A DNA stretch of 64,000 bases, taken from NCBI GenBank assembly GCA_049724395.1, contig JAUGWO010000045.1, positions 1 to 64,000 of the forward strand, given 5' to 3'. Source of the DNA: Spongospora subterranea f. sp. subterranea. Lineage: Eukaryota. The notes beneath the pieces were generated by a model. The model made no database searches, was not told the origin of the DNA, and saw only the letters and a program-made list of their open reading frames with translations. Positions 12,028 to 24,530 of the stretch are shown here, piece by piece (the first letter of the stretch is position 1; each line of letters begins with the position of its first letter). Position numbers and translations under genes: made by a program.

Positions 12028-14410
12028 TTATATTTTTCGAACAGCTTCTCGAATAGCGTTGTGCATCAGATCTAGCAATGACATGTCAATCGATATAGTG
12101 CTTCACATTCTCATATTTACCATGATGATCCCGAATCATTTTGTCATATGCCATATCAAACTGCCTTCGCAGCCGTTCATAATCTTGGTTAAGCTTATTG
12201 CATCGAACATTCCTTTGCATCGAAACGTTCATCAGTCTCAAAGAGGTCATCGAATCAAACGGTTACCATTCTTGAACCAGCTTTTGCTCCAACCCCTCTT
12301 TCAAACTATTGCGATGTTGACGGGTGTAGGGCAATTTTTGATTATCTGGCGATGTTGCTTCATTCATGCCTTCTCCAGCTGTCATGGATTGATGAAGGAT
12401 CGGCATCCCACCGGACGTTTTCAAGGTTGAAACTTCTGGTGTCATTTTCGTGTTATACATTCGCGATGGGTCGGTACAGAGAAATTGCTCCAATAAATCT
12501 GTTGAAAAAGAAATGGAAGCCTTACGAACAGCGCTGATACAACGCCCCGCCGAAGACATGCCGGGAGCATCGTTGGGTTTGCTCGACGACCCACAACGTG
12601 AATAATGTATGCCTTTAGCTTTGAGAGTTAAACCAACCGCAGAAAAATCTTTAACAAAGGAGTTAATTTCACATCTTCGGTTCACTAATTAGGGATGAAA
12701 ACCTGAGAGAGTAAATTCAAGAACTATTTTTGTAGGAAGGCTGGAAGTTGAGTCATGAAGCAAGTCATACCAACGGCGCACCAATAGTGTCACACTTGAA
12801 GAGCTCTGGCGCCCTATAATCATTTTCATACATAACTAGTTTTTTGTGAATGCCCTAAATTTACCTTTTGCCTCTTCGATATCAATTAGGTTCACGAAAA
12901 CGACCAGTGGGCCAATTTGCCCATCTGGATGGCTAGCTTTTATCTATCGCCAGTAAATCTCGTTCATCTAATAGTTGACGAAACGCTGACTTACTGCACT
13001 AATAGTTAAGTTTTCGTCATTAAAGTCTACCCACATCGGATACTGCTTGTCGTGATTATTCAGAATTACCTTCTGAACTCTGTAAGAAAAAACGCTAGAA
13101 AACAATCAGCACGAACTGCTTTGCGAATTCGTTACCGATATACCTGCATTTTCCTCGCTTCGCTCTGGCTTCATTAGCGTTGTTGAGCCATTGACGAATG
13201 CGGCCAGTTAGGCCTTCTTCGTCACAATCAGAGCCTTCTGCTATGCTCATGAGAAGTTCACTCATCATGGTTGCGGAATTCGGTTCTAAAGCCCCATCTT
13301 TTGCAAATCCGAAGCAAACTCGCTTACATAACCGCCCTGCAACGCTGCGGCTCTCATTAAAGCAAAGAGACCTGACCGTTCTAACTATGATCTGGGCCAT
13401 CGAAGTTAAAAATGAACCTAGGTTTATAGTATAGTACCTCAATCAAATTTGCTTGTAGGAAGAAGCATCCGCATCTACCAATTAATGCACCCATTTGACG
13501 ACACCTTGTCGATAACATGTAAATTTATCACAGACGCAGACAGTCGGAAGGTACTTTTTGTCCTCGTTCACCATAAATTCAATTCTTGGCCCTAACTCTG
13601 GTTTTTGGCCGTATGTTTTGCAAACTGATTCCACCTAACATAGTCTCTTGGTCAAATGTATAGTGGCGATGAATTCGGAGACTCACCAATAGTGATAACG
13701 TCTCGGCAATCTGTAGTGATACTTTGCGATTGATGGCCGCATTTAGGATGACGTCAAAAAGCAACGGTGCAACCCCATCCACCAATATTCCAAACACCTG
13801 TTCTGAAATCAACAGATCGTCACTCTTCGATGAGATGGATTTGATCGCGATTACCATCAATTTGGGATGGTAAACACTCGCAGCATCCTGTAATCACTTC
13901 AAGAGCCGCGTACAATGATGTCTCGTCGAACATTCCTCCGCATTTTATGTTCTCGAATAGCCGCCCGATTACCTTGTAATATCAATCACACTCCTATATA
14001 CAGCAACTCTGTCGTGAGGATACCAAAACTAGTTTGTGGATGCCAGATCGCATGGTAATTTTCGGTAGCGATGATTTTCCATGGGGATCGATCAATTCCC
14101 CAAAACTGGACAAGTTTTGAAACGCTAATCGCATGATTTCTTCCCCCATTGGAGCTGCTCGCAGCACTTTCGCCGACATGCCGGGCAGAATCCGTACGGT
14201 GCTACTCGCCGTATTCTTGCTAGGGATCCCCTTCTCCATTGTTCCTTTATCAAAATAACTGTCACTGCACTTCCTATCATATTTCTCACTAAGCCAGTCA
14301 ATCAGAGCCTTCAGTGCGGTGAAATCGTTTCGGCAGCAAAATGCGTGACGGGAGCATGAACCTTGGAAATTGCGTGACGCGTTGATGTTGCAGGTACAGT
14401 ACTGTGACAA
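12028..14410 (-). CDS. Multi-exon putative meiotic chromosome-axis core protein (SYCP2/Red1/Rec10-like); start uncertain
   Basis: Splicing a 46-nt intron (13392-13437) gives MGALIGRCGCFFLQANLIE|IIVRT. Later RIRQWLNNANE and YPMWVDFNDENLTI, then a low-complexity middle and a helical/coiled-coil C-terminus (EGLEQKLVQEWNVRCNKLNQDYERLRRQFD). Confidence 0.55.
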
Positions 14411-14484
14411 CTTTGTCGCCTTTGCTAAAGTACTACTGGAAAATACGGGAGAGAATTTCCGGTTTGAGGAGGTGAAGAAGTTTA

Positions 14485-15206
14485 TTAGTGACTATCTTTG
14501 ACCACAACGACGGGACAGTGAATGTGGTTCACCAGATGTTTAGAGACGCTGCCTTTGCCGACCAGCGCCATCATGATACCCTTGAAACCTCCGATTTCGC
14601 GGGTTCCTACGATGACCTCCTCTGCTGAATGCTTATTTGCCCATTCGACAAGCGTTTCCGCAACACTAGACGCGGTTTGGTTGAGAATTCGAGTATGTAG
14701 AGTCCACCCGTCGCATTTCGCCGATTCGCGGTATGCAAGAAGAACCTGAATACGTCGTTATTACGAAGAGCAATTATGAAAATCAATATTGAACCCTCTC
14801 AGCATTAGCATATAGCTCTTTACGCTGACGCTCCATTGTTTCGACCTCGATGGCTACAGCAACACCTATGAACAGCTCATTAAACACATACCGAAGAAGA
14901 CAAACTTGAGTATTACTCCCTAATCTACCCATCGCTGGTGCGATCAAATTATCAGTAAAGTTCGGGATGACGGTCACTAGTACGACGCAATCTCCTGACC
15001 GAATCATATCACTCTAAAAAACCAAACATGACAACGTGCCCGAGGTCGCTGTGCCATGGTGTTGGACCAACCTGTGCCCATGCCCATGCCCGCTCCGAAG
15101 GAGCGTGATTAGATTCGGGAGAGACAAAGACGGCGATTCTACGATGATGCTGATACTTCGCATCAGCACCGGTCATGCTTTCTCTATCTGAGAACGATTC
15201 GGGCAT
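14485..15206 (-). CDS. Universal stress protein (USP) domain protein, copy 1, multi-exon
   Basis: RRIAVFVSP..SERAWAWA / GDCVVLVTV / EVIVGTREIGGFK...GKGSVSKHLVNHIHCPVVVVK; stop at 14485-14487. Confidence 0.85.
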
Positions 15207-15418
15207 TTGTTGTTGTTTAACAATATGACAATATCACCTAAACGATTAGTGTATGATGTGCAGATAATGTCCGATTGCCGACTGGAGTGATATTCTTTCG
15301 ACAGTAGCGGCCGACGGAGAGCTCAACTCCGGAAACTGGTGGCGGCCAAGATCGGACCTCATTTTTACCGGATTCTCAGAGATTGTACCATGCAAAAACT
15401 CAATTGCGATGGGATGTT

Positions 15419-16165
15419 TTATTTCCCGTTTTTAACGATCACCACTGGACAGCTCATGTGATGCGCTAGGTAGTTCGATACGCTGCCTTTGCCCGCCAAC
15501 GCCATGACGGTTCTTTTGATAGCGCCCATTGGTGTTTGCCCAACAACCCCCTGTACATCCAAGACCGAATCAACGCTCATCTCGTCACAATAATAGCTGA
15601 TATTACCTCGTCCGCCTTCTGCTCTTTTCCCCACTTCACGATTGTCTCGCCGACGTTCTTTTCTGTCTGCTCTAGAACGTTTGTCTCAATTCGGCAACGT
15701 TTGCAATCTGTCAGCCGTTTATATTTATCCAAGGTCTGAGAACTGTCAGAAATTCCCCTGACAAATTGCTTTAGAGTAACACTCGACCTTCTGAGCCTCT
15801 ATCGTATTTTTTCTTCTCTGCTCTTCAATTTCTGCAAGTTCAAATGCCGCACTCGGCGCTAAAAGTTGTGGTCAGTCGAAAATGTGTCGATATTTTCATA
15901 CTCCCTACACCCCAACATCCCCATTGCTGATAGAACAACATCGGAAATCTCCACAGGAATCTTAAACATTTTGAAATCAGCAGTGGAGCAAAGCAAGTCG
16001 CATCCAAATTCGGACCACAGTAACCAGGACGACAATGTCCCCATCCCTTATCAGATTAGCTTGAGCCCATTTCCAGGCGATTTGCGATGGCGTATGCGAC
16101 CAATCCGGAGACACAAAGATGAGTATCCGACGGCCTTGATTATAGACCTCTTGCTCGGACGTCAT
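15419..16165 (-). CDS. Universal stress protein (USP) domain protein, copy 2, multi-exon
   Basis: RRILIFVSP..SQIAWKWAQANLIRDGDIVVLVTV...GKGSVSNYLAHHMSCPVVIVK; tandem paralog of copy 1. Confidence 0.85.
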
Positions 16166-16339
16166 CTACAACTATGCTTGTAATTTCCGAGGTCCGAACA
16201 AGTGAAATGACTGGTCTTCTATGTGTCAAACTGTGTATTTCGGCAACATTCTAAATACTGTAGCTAAGATTTTTTGTAACCAATAAACAATTCAATATCG
16301 ACATGGCGACGACTTGTTTTGTGGGTCGATTTCGATCAC

Positions 16340-16851
16340 GTATTTGCAGTCATCGTACAATGTTAAGCTTGACGGAATCGTCTCGACTTGCATTGCTGCT
16401 GATGGGTGATGATGGTCGCCGTTATCATTACATGTCACACCTATATGAGACGTCTTCTCGTTATAATCATGTTCGAAAATGAAGAAGAGAAAATACATTT
16501 GACACCAATATTTGCATTGGTCTAGCAAAAATACTTCAAAGATGAAAAAGACTGTGTTGTAATTCAATCGGTTATTGACAGCAAATGCGGTAACCAACCA
16601 TATGATGAATCGAGCATTTGGTTTGTTTCACAATCGCCACCGTTTTGCGATGGTTCGTTGATTTTCCTTCGCAGGCGATCTCCGACGGTAGCAATCACAG
16701 ACAGAATAGCAATTACGAACGCTAGTGGCAATCGAGTTGCAATGAAACTGCAAACGACGTCAATATAGCGCAGAGCGAGTATTACCCCAATGGCAACACC
16801 AGTGTACAGATATCTCATATATGCTCTGGTGCTGAAAATCGTGACGTTCAT
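16340..16851 (-). CDS. Hypothetical small membrane protein (3' end uncertain)
   Basis: ATG-initiated ORF 16564-16851 with two hydrophobic segments; a probable intron and second exon follow. No family recognised. Confidence 0.3.
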
Positions 16852-17201
16852 CGAATTCCTTCTGTGTCCATGCCCCGGTCGCGTTTGATCACCGGGTACC
16901 TTTAGTTAAACCTAGGACGACCCTCTTGTCCCAAATATACCATTGTTGGTGTGTCCATTCCCTATCCTTAAGAGCAAGTTCACCCGATTGCCAACAGTAA
17001 CTGGCTCACCACTGGATCATCACGTCCATCTGCTCGTTACCCTTTTGATGCGCCTGTTCATCATCGTTACCACTGAGACCCCATTTCCAAACGTGACGTG
17101 TCGCTAACGCTGTTGAAACATTAACAGTAACTCAGTACACAGGTTGACTGTGATCTGCTACACTGTGATAGTGAACGGGTCAAGCACAATCGACATTGAT
17201 C

Positions 17202-19235
17202 ATGTCGCTAGTTCATTATTCTAATGATCCTGGGATGGCCGCTCTGCGGTTTACAAGATTGCAGAACGTCTATCTGGATGGAGCTCATTTCCGTTATTCT
17301 GGGCTCTCAGCTAACGCGTCGTCGGTGCCGTTGCCCCGTCCTAAATCTGCCTGCGCCAACCGTCCAGGTTCGTCAAGGGGAACGCGCGACAACGAGAGTT
17401 TCAGACGCCCTCATTCAGCAAAACCGGCTGTCTCCCTATCGGCATCCCTTCAGAATCTTATCTTAGATGAAAGGGCACGGCACCGCAGAGATGTATCGTC
17501 TGATCCTCCGCGGTCGATGAGAATATCGAAGCGAAGAAATCCACGGAACGTCGCTGCTTCTCGTCGCGTGATCACATTTGTTTCCAAACAGCAAATCAAT
17601 TCAACGACGCCATTGACCGGACTTATGTACCAAACAAGCCGCTCCTGCCCAAATATTGTAAAAACTATTCTTGATGGATCCGGTGTCGTGAGAGCTACTA
17701 GGAAGACGGCTTCGTGGGATTTGTTGTGGTCGACCGGCGTGATACCATGTCGGCGATTCACACTGCTATCTCGCGGTCAGATTGTCAACCAATTTCCCAA
17801 AACGTCATTGCTAGCGAGAAAAGAATTTCTATTTAGAAGCATTCGTAATCTGTGGATTCACGGAGGCATGCAAAGAAAACACGAACTGGATATAGTTCCA
17901 GAGACGTATATTCTGCCGCAAGACAAGGATGAATTACTACAGTCGTTTACAGATGGCGAAGGTCGTGGAGACGCAAATCTTTGGATTGTGAAACCTTACG
18001 ATTCCCATCAAGGGCGTGGTGTATTCATCACAAGCCGGTGGCGACAGATTCCCGTTCAATCGCAAGTTGTCGTTAGTCAATATATCACCAATCCATTTTT
18101 GGTCGACGGCAGGAAATGTGATCTGTAAGCATCGCCCTCAAGCTTTTCATTCCATTTAAAATCATCACAGGCGAATGTTTGTACTGATCACAAGCATGGA
18201 TCCATTGCGGATTTACGTCCACGACGAAGGGATCGTCCGAATTGCCACTGATCCTTACTCGACTACAGCACCGTCAATGATTAACCGTTTCGTTTACCTG
18301 ACTAAATCAAGTAGTAACGCTCAGTCTTCAAACTACTCCGTTAACCATGAAGCAAGTTGGGAAAATATTGGAAATGAATGGACATTGTCGCGCTTTCGGC
18401 GCCACTTGGCTGAACGGGCTGCCAGGGTTGGCGAAGCTGATCCCAATCCTGAACTTTGGTCTAAAATCCACGATATTATTTTGAAAGCGATTATCTCTAT
18501 CGAGCAGGTCTCCAGCTATTTGTTGTAAGACCTAATGCTAACTTATCAATTTAGGAAGTCACCGAGGCTGTTGGTCGACACGTCCCGTCTCGCCTCAACT
18601 GTTTCGAACTGTTCGGCGTTGATATTCTGATTGATTCTTCACTCCGTCCATGGATTCTCGAAATTATCCATTCCCCGAATTTAAGGTGTAATACCGGTCT
18701 TGGCTTGCACGTGAAATCTGCTGTCATCACAGATACTTTGAATTTGCTATCGCTGCAATCTTCCATGAGAAAATCACTTATGAAAGAACGATCCCGCGAC
18801 ATGTCTACAAAGCAGATGTCGCGTCGCGGATCAGCATTGGACATGGGAACGTCGCGACCAAGTTTAGAAATCCACTCAATGAAGCAGACTGACTATGACG
18901 CAATCGTAAACGAAACCAATGGCGAGGTCGAACGACGTGGGGCGTTTAACTGCATCTTCCCAACCGGATTGTGGCGCTATTATTGCGGGTTTTTCCGTTC
19001 ATGGTCCATATTGAATGAGACGCTTTGTCGACGATTTGAAGACGGAAGCCAATCAAACGACAAACCTGATGAGGAGATTGACGATAATTCACTGCAAAGC
19101 GAAGCGCCGGCTCTGCAGAAAATACCAACAAAGAAGACTCGAGAGACACGAGACCCAAGTATGGGAGAAGAACGGCGACAGCAACGATTAGATAGAGAGC
19201 TCAAAACAAGATTTGGCTTGCAGTTCTCACACTGA
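17202..19235 (+). CDS. Tubulin-tyrosine ligase-like protein (TTLL4/5-type polyglutamylase family), 3 exons
   Basis: VNQFP...LARKE, IVPETYILP, WIVKP..QGRGV, QYITNPFLVDGRKCDL|R, CFELFGVDILID..LRPWILE. Introns ~18125-18170 and ~18508-18554. Confidence 0.88.
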
Positions 19236-19527
19236 TATTAATGTGAAATGATTAAATCGCTCAGGCACATGAAAAATGGTTTGTTTCCTTGTGGCTATTA
19301 TCTGTTGAGATGCTTCAGGGAAACGGGGGCCGTAATGATGTTGGTTAAAGCATGTTATCAAACCCTCCAATTTCACAATCGACGATATTTCGTCCTAAAA
19401 ATTTGAAAAAACGGCACATTTACTGAGTATCAAATTAGGGAATGCCGAGACATGAACAAGAATGGGATTTGGAAGTGTATTTTTTGAAGTGTATTTGAAG
19501 TATTACAGCTGTAAAAGAGATAATAAG

Positions 19528-22500
19528 TCACCATCGTCGGGAGGCATCGTCGCCCCCAACCTTCACTGGTCGGGTCGATTGTAGCTGTTGCGGTTGGCGA
19601 CCTTGCCAGGAGTCAGCGCCGGATTTTTGAAACCCATTGGCGGCATTAGATTTGGCGTGCGAATGGCGATGCTCCATACCGCGCTCGTTCTGCTCGACTA
19701 GAATGCCGATCTGATCGGCAAACCGCAGAGCCGACAACTGCAGCTCATTAGGTAAAATCCCTTTCATACGAATAGATCCAATGGGCTCATCCCACGCACC
19801 CTAAGCAAGTCCATTCACAAACCAGAAACAAGAGTCCAAGGTCAAATAAAAAACCAATCCGACCCAATTGTTAAACTTTTCAAAATCAGAACATAAAAAA
19901 ATAGATTACCGCAAGCCGATCATTGGCCATAAGCTTTGACGCAACCGCATGAACATCTCGCTCTGACATGTCAAACCGAGCGGCGAGCTTGGCTCCTGAA
20001 AGGGTGGTATAATTGGCGCCAAGGGCCAACAGAAACGTCTGCAAAGCGACTTCCTTCACCGATGTGGTCAGAGCTGCTTGAGCAGTTTCCGGGAACGGAA
20101 TTAAGCTCCACATTCGCAACTGCATTAAATGATCCAACGCTGTGCGCCAATCACCTATTCAATGCAAAAAATAAGAACAGACTGAGATCAACAGTATAAT
20201 CCTCGTTATGTGTCAAACTTAAGAACAAAAAAAGTTGACAATTTGAACAATGATTAAAGATTTAAAACCATATTACCATCACGAAGTGCAACGGCAGCGG
20301 CGATGACATAATCCCGAGTGTATTCTGGAGGGCCATTGAAGGCATTTTTATGAAAACTATCCCATAACCTCCTGAAGTTTCGTGAGATGATGTGGCGCTT
20401 GTCGTCGGAGGCGTGAACGGCGAGGTTGGGTACCTCCAAGAGCATGGCAGATACAAGGTGGACAGATTCGAGGAGGTCCAGGCTAACATGCATATGATAA
20501 GGAACCTGACGGCGTCGTTCCAGCTTCTCTTGCTCCGAATCGCGGTCCTGCTGCCAGCGCATTTGTGTAATACCCTAACAAACACGTATGTCAAACTCAG
20601 AACGTTACCCAGAGAGCATTTGATAATAAAGGATGAGTTATGGGTATACCTGAGCTAGAAGTTCTTTGATTTTGCCAGTTGCGTACAGATCTCCAACTAA
20701 GTTCAGCGCATCTTGCATGTATCCAAGGCGGAAGGCACAGACAGACATCATGGCCAATGCACGATTGTAAAGGATCTGAGTCGATACATCTGCTTGGTGA
20801 ATCGAATCCTAGCGAGCAACGGCGTCACAACTTTGAGAAAGTGAACCAAACGGAATCGAACCTGAACATGAGACATTAGGAATATATCTCTGGCCTTATG
20901 AAATGCACCATGCATGGCGTAATGATAAGCGGTGCTGATCACTGCACGGGCCTTGGAGCGGCTATCACCTGACTCGTAGAGAATAGAGCAGAGACGATGA
21001 AGTAGAATATCTTCGCCCTGAGTAAAATCAGTACTCTATAGTTCTACACGAACAATTAATGACATACTGTAATTACGCTCAAGGACCCTTCACTCTTATG
21101 ACGAAACTCTGGCGATGTCTCGTCGTATAGTGGGTCATATTTTACATACAGATACTCGATACGCATGAGCGCTATCAAATTCACAAATTGCTGTTTACCA
21201 GCAGCTGAAATGGTAGAAATGATCAGAGACACAGTTTGTGAACAACACCAAAAAGAAAAGATCAAGTTTGATATAACGTTTACAATCGGTCAAAACCAAA
21301 TCAAGTACCAAACAATGATGACACAAACACATTCGACAGCGGGTAAGACGAAAAGATGATAAATGTGAGAAACTTTGGGGAGGGGATATTACCTGTGTAA
21401 TATTGCTGAGTACTGTGCATAAGACGCATAAGAGATGGCTCATCCGATAGGCGGTCAAGGTAGTCTTGCGTGTGCGGGTCAATGTTCTGTAGTGACGCCA
21501 CGTACTCGTCCGATAGACGGGCAACGAACGAATACACGCTGCCAGCAACGTACTCCTGCCCATCATCGCGTTTACGTCGGGCCTGTGGAGCGAAGGTTCG
21601 CAATTCCCCGGCTTCAACAACCGGAACGCCTTCTTCCTCGATCGGCGGGAGCGGTGTGTCAATGTCATCTCCGGCGAAGACGGTCTCCTCAATATCGTCC
21701 TCTTCGATCAGATGGACGCCCTTATTCTGCTCTAGAACGCTGAGAATATCGGTGAGAATATCCAGTGCCGATTGCCATAAAGCGATCTGCATATGCGATC
21801 CCGAATTAAAATTGACGTCGAACATTGCCGACAGAAGCGTGATCTTGACTTTAAGAATGGCGGGAACGCTGGACGCTTTGGTCGACAACAGTTTGAGGTC
21901 CTTAACAGCCGCGTGGCGATCAGCACCTCGTTTACCACGCATGGACTGGATCATATTCAGTTTCTGATGGATCAGTTCGGGGGTGTATTCGATCTCCTTC
22001 TCGGGGGTCCTTCTGGTCAGTCTTCACCTTGGCCACCTTCTTGTCCGCTTTCGGGGCCTGGCGCTGTCGTCGGCGATCGGCTTTGGTCAGTTCCTCTTCA
22101 TCGTCCTTGGTCTTCTTCACCCAGAACGATCTCGACATGGCCGGATGCGACAAGTCGATATCGGATTCCGACGACGAGCTGTCGGCGTCAGAAAAATCGA
22201 AATCGTCGCTGGCCGACGATTGAGCAGCGCCGTCCTCATCATCGTCGCTCTTCGATTGATCAGAGGACATTGCACCAGATCCATCATCGTCCTCGTCTTC
22301 CTCGCTTTCTTCGCTTTCGCTCTCCGATTCCTCGCTGCTTTCCTGTTCGACCGGTTCCTCCTCGCTAAACGCATCCGGCGCCGATCTGTACTCGTTGATG
22401 AACCGTTCGTATTCCTTGTTGTTCTTGCGCAGCTTCTGTTTGATGGTGTTGAGGGCGCGGTTGTTGGCAGTCGACATCTTGCTCTTCATCTCCTTATTCT

Positions 22501-22876
22501 CCTGCGCCTCGCTCACCTTATCCTCTAGGTGCACCAATGTCTTCACATACATCCTCGGGATCCCCTCCTTCTGGATTATCGTACGGGCCTTCTCCAACAG
22601 CTTGTTGATCTGGTCGAATCCCTTCAGAACCTGGACCCAATCGTTGATCTTGACGCTGTTCCTCATCGTCTTGATGGCGGCGTTCATCGCCTCATATCGT
22701 TTATCTTTAGCGGATCGCACAACGCGTTTCTCCTCTTCCGATGATGACGAATCGTACATGAGCATCGCCGTCTGTGTCTGTTCCCGATTCTGCATCTGTC
22801 CCCCCATTCCGGAATTATCGCTCGAGGAATCGTCGGAATCCACATCGGATCCGCCCATGGCAAAGAATCGCGACAT
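19528..22876 (-). CDS. EIF3C: Translation initiation factor eIF3 subunit c, multi-exon; one indel near 22010
   Basis: MSRFF start, KRVVRSAKDKRYE, INDWV, QKLRKNNKEY, RRQVPYHMHVSLDLLESVHLVSAMLLEVP, GPPEYTRDYV and a PCI-domain C-terminus. Confidence 0.95.
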
Positions 22877-24530
22877 GTTGTCGAGTGTGTTAGGCGCTGC
22901 TCAGCACCCAGATCCGGCGACCAACGCCCGCTGCTGATACACGATGATGGTGGTGGTGATGGCGCGATCGACACACACAGCACCAACGACCGACCGAGAT
23001 TAATGAGTCCGCGAATAAGGCCGTCACGGACCCCGGGCCCTGTCATTGTAGAATTCAGCCAATAGCTGGTGTACACCTGATGTTACCGGCATCATTTGTG
23101 ATGACGCCATTGGTCATTGTCGGCAAATGTCAACAGGGGGTATTTATCATTATAACTAGCGCCATCAGAGGGTGTCGTTTCAGTCTATTATATGTTATTT
23201 GGCAAAACGTAATCTAGTTTAGAACCCATGTGCCGACGGTTCAGACAGCGTTATCGTATCTGACGACACATCTCGTCTACACTGTCCACCGACAGCGGTT
23301 CCCCTTATTTCGCAATGATCCTTTCCCCCATTACGTCGAACAAACGGCACGAGAGCCGCGTCGACGATTGAGACTGATGGTGAAGGGAAAGGACCCGTTG
23401 CCGGGAGTACACGCTATAGAACATTGCCATAACAGTTGTAGTGTAGGCGAGATGCGTCGCCGAATATATCAACGATGTGGCAACGTCGCCCGTGTTCGTA
23501 TGATTTGATGTCGCGATAACCCGTTTATGACAGTTGTGTCAAGAATATCAGTGGGGGTCAGTGTTTAGCGCCAGGTCCAATACATGTGACACCAGGAACC
23601 TATTATCGCCCAACAGAATTGATTGGGGAAAATGGCCGACCATGCGCATGATCGCTCGATGATTGTGTTCGTACGAGTGTCCAATGTAATGGGCCCCTCC
23701 CTTTCGGCGACCTCTCTCCCAGGCCTAATTCATATTCTCATGTCAACAGGCTGCCGACGGCTCTAGCGCATTGTGACTATATATATTGAGATGGTCCAAC
23801 CGACAAATCCGTTCATTATTGTTAGAGGATGTTGGTCGTCGATGGCCAATCAGTCGTCTATTGAGTGTGATGTGTTCCAGGTGGATTATATCAGACTGTC
23901 ATTGAAATAACCACTCCTTGTTGGTAATTACAACCCTTAGAATAGCCCCAGTGTTTTACTCATGATCCAGTTTGTTTTAACGGTCTATCGTGAGGTTATT
24001 ATCCAGTTAAATATCGATATTTGGGGTAATCGGGACGTTATCTGGACAGACTTGATTTGGCGTTTTATTTCCTATTTGGTGAGTTGGCGATATCAATGAT
24101 GATCGTGAGTATTGGGACCACATTAAACCATATTGGCGTTGTTCCATAATCCGCCTGACCCCCGAGACGCCTCCCTGTGTATTTGGGTCCAGTGATGGAA
24201 ACCCTTGTCGTGATCAACATCGTGGTGGGTGATATCAATGGCCGCCAACAACCCCATTCCTCCGATCGCCGCCCGGACCTGACGTGTATTGCTAATCGGC
24301 ACATAATGCTGTCGATGGTCAACGGTCGTCTATCAACACATATGGTGGTCTAATCGGCCGACCGATCTGGCCCAATATTTACACGGTGACAGGTCATGAC
24401 GAGTCTGATCAGGTCAATCAGGGTGGTGGGAGGGAGTCCGCCCATGGCTGTCGGCCAGTATCGGCCGTTTCCTCACTCTGTTTGGCATCGCAATCAGACC
24501 CATCATATCTAAATCGTCCCCCTTATAATA

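Noticed and set aside
21932..22030. Programmed frameshift or pseudogenisation of eIF3c (and of RPL26 at ~48933)
   Set aside because: No slippery heptamer seen, the genes are otherwise well conserved, and similar indels occur across the window; assembly error is more likely.
21435..22937. Many long antisense and alternative-frame ORFs over eIF3c
   Set aside because: Expected from GC-rich codon usage of the real gene; no recognisable motifs.
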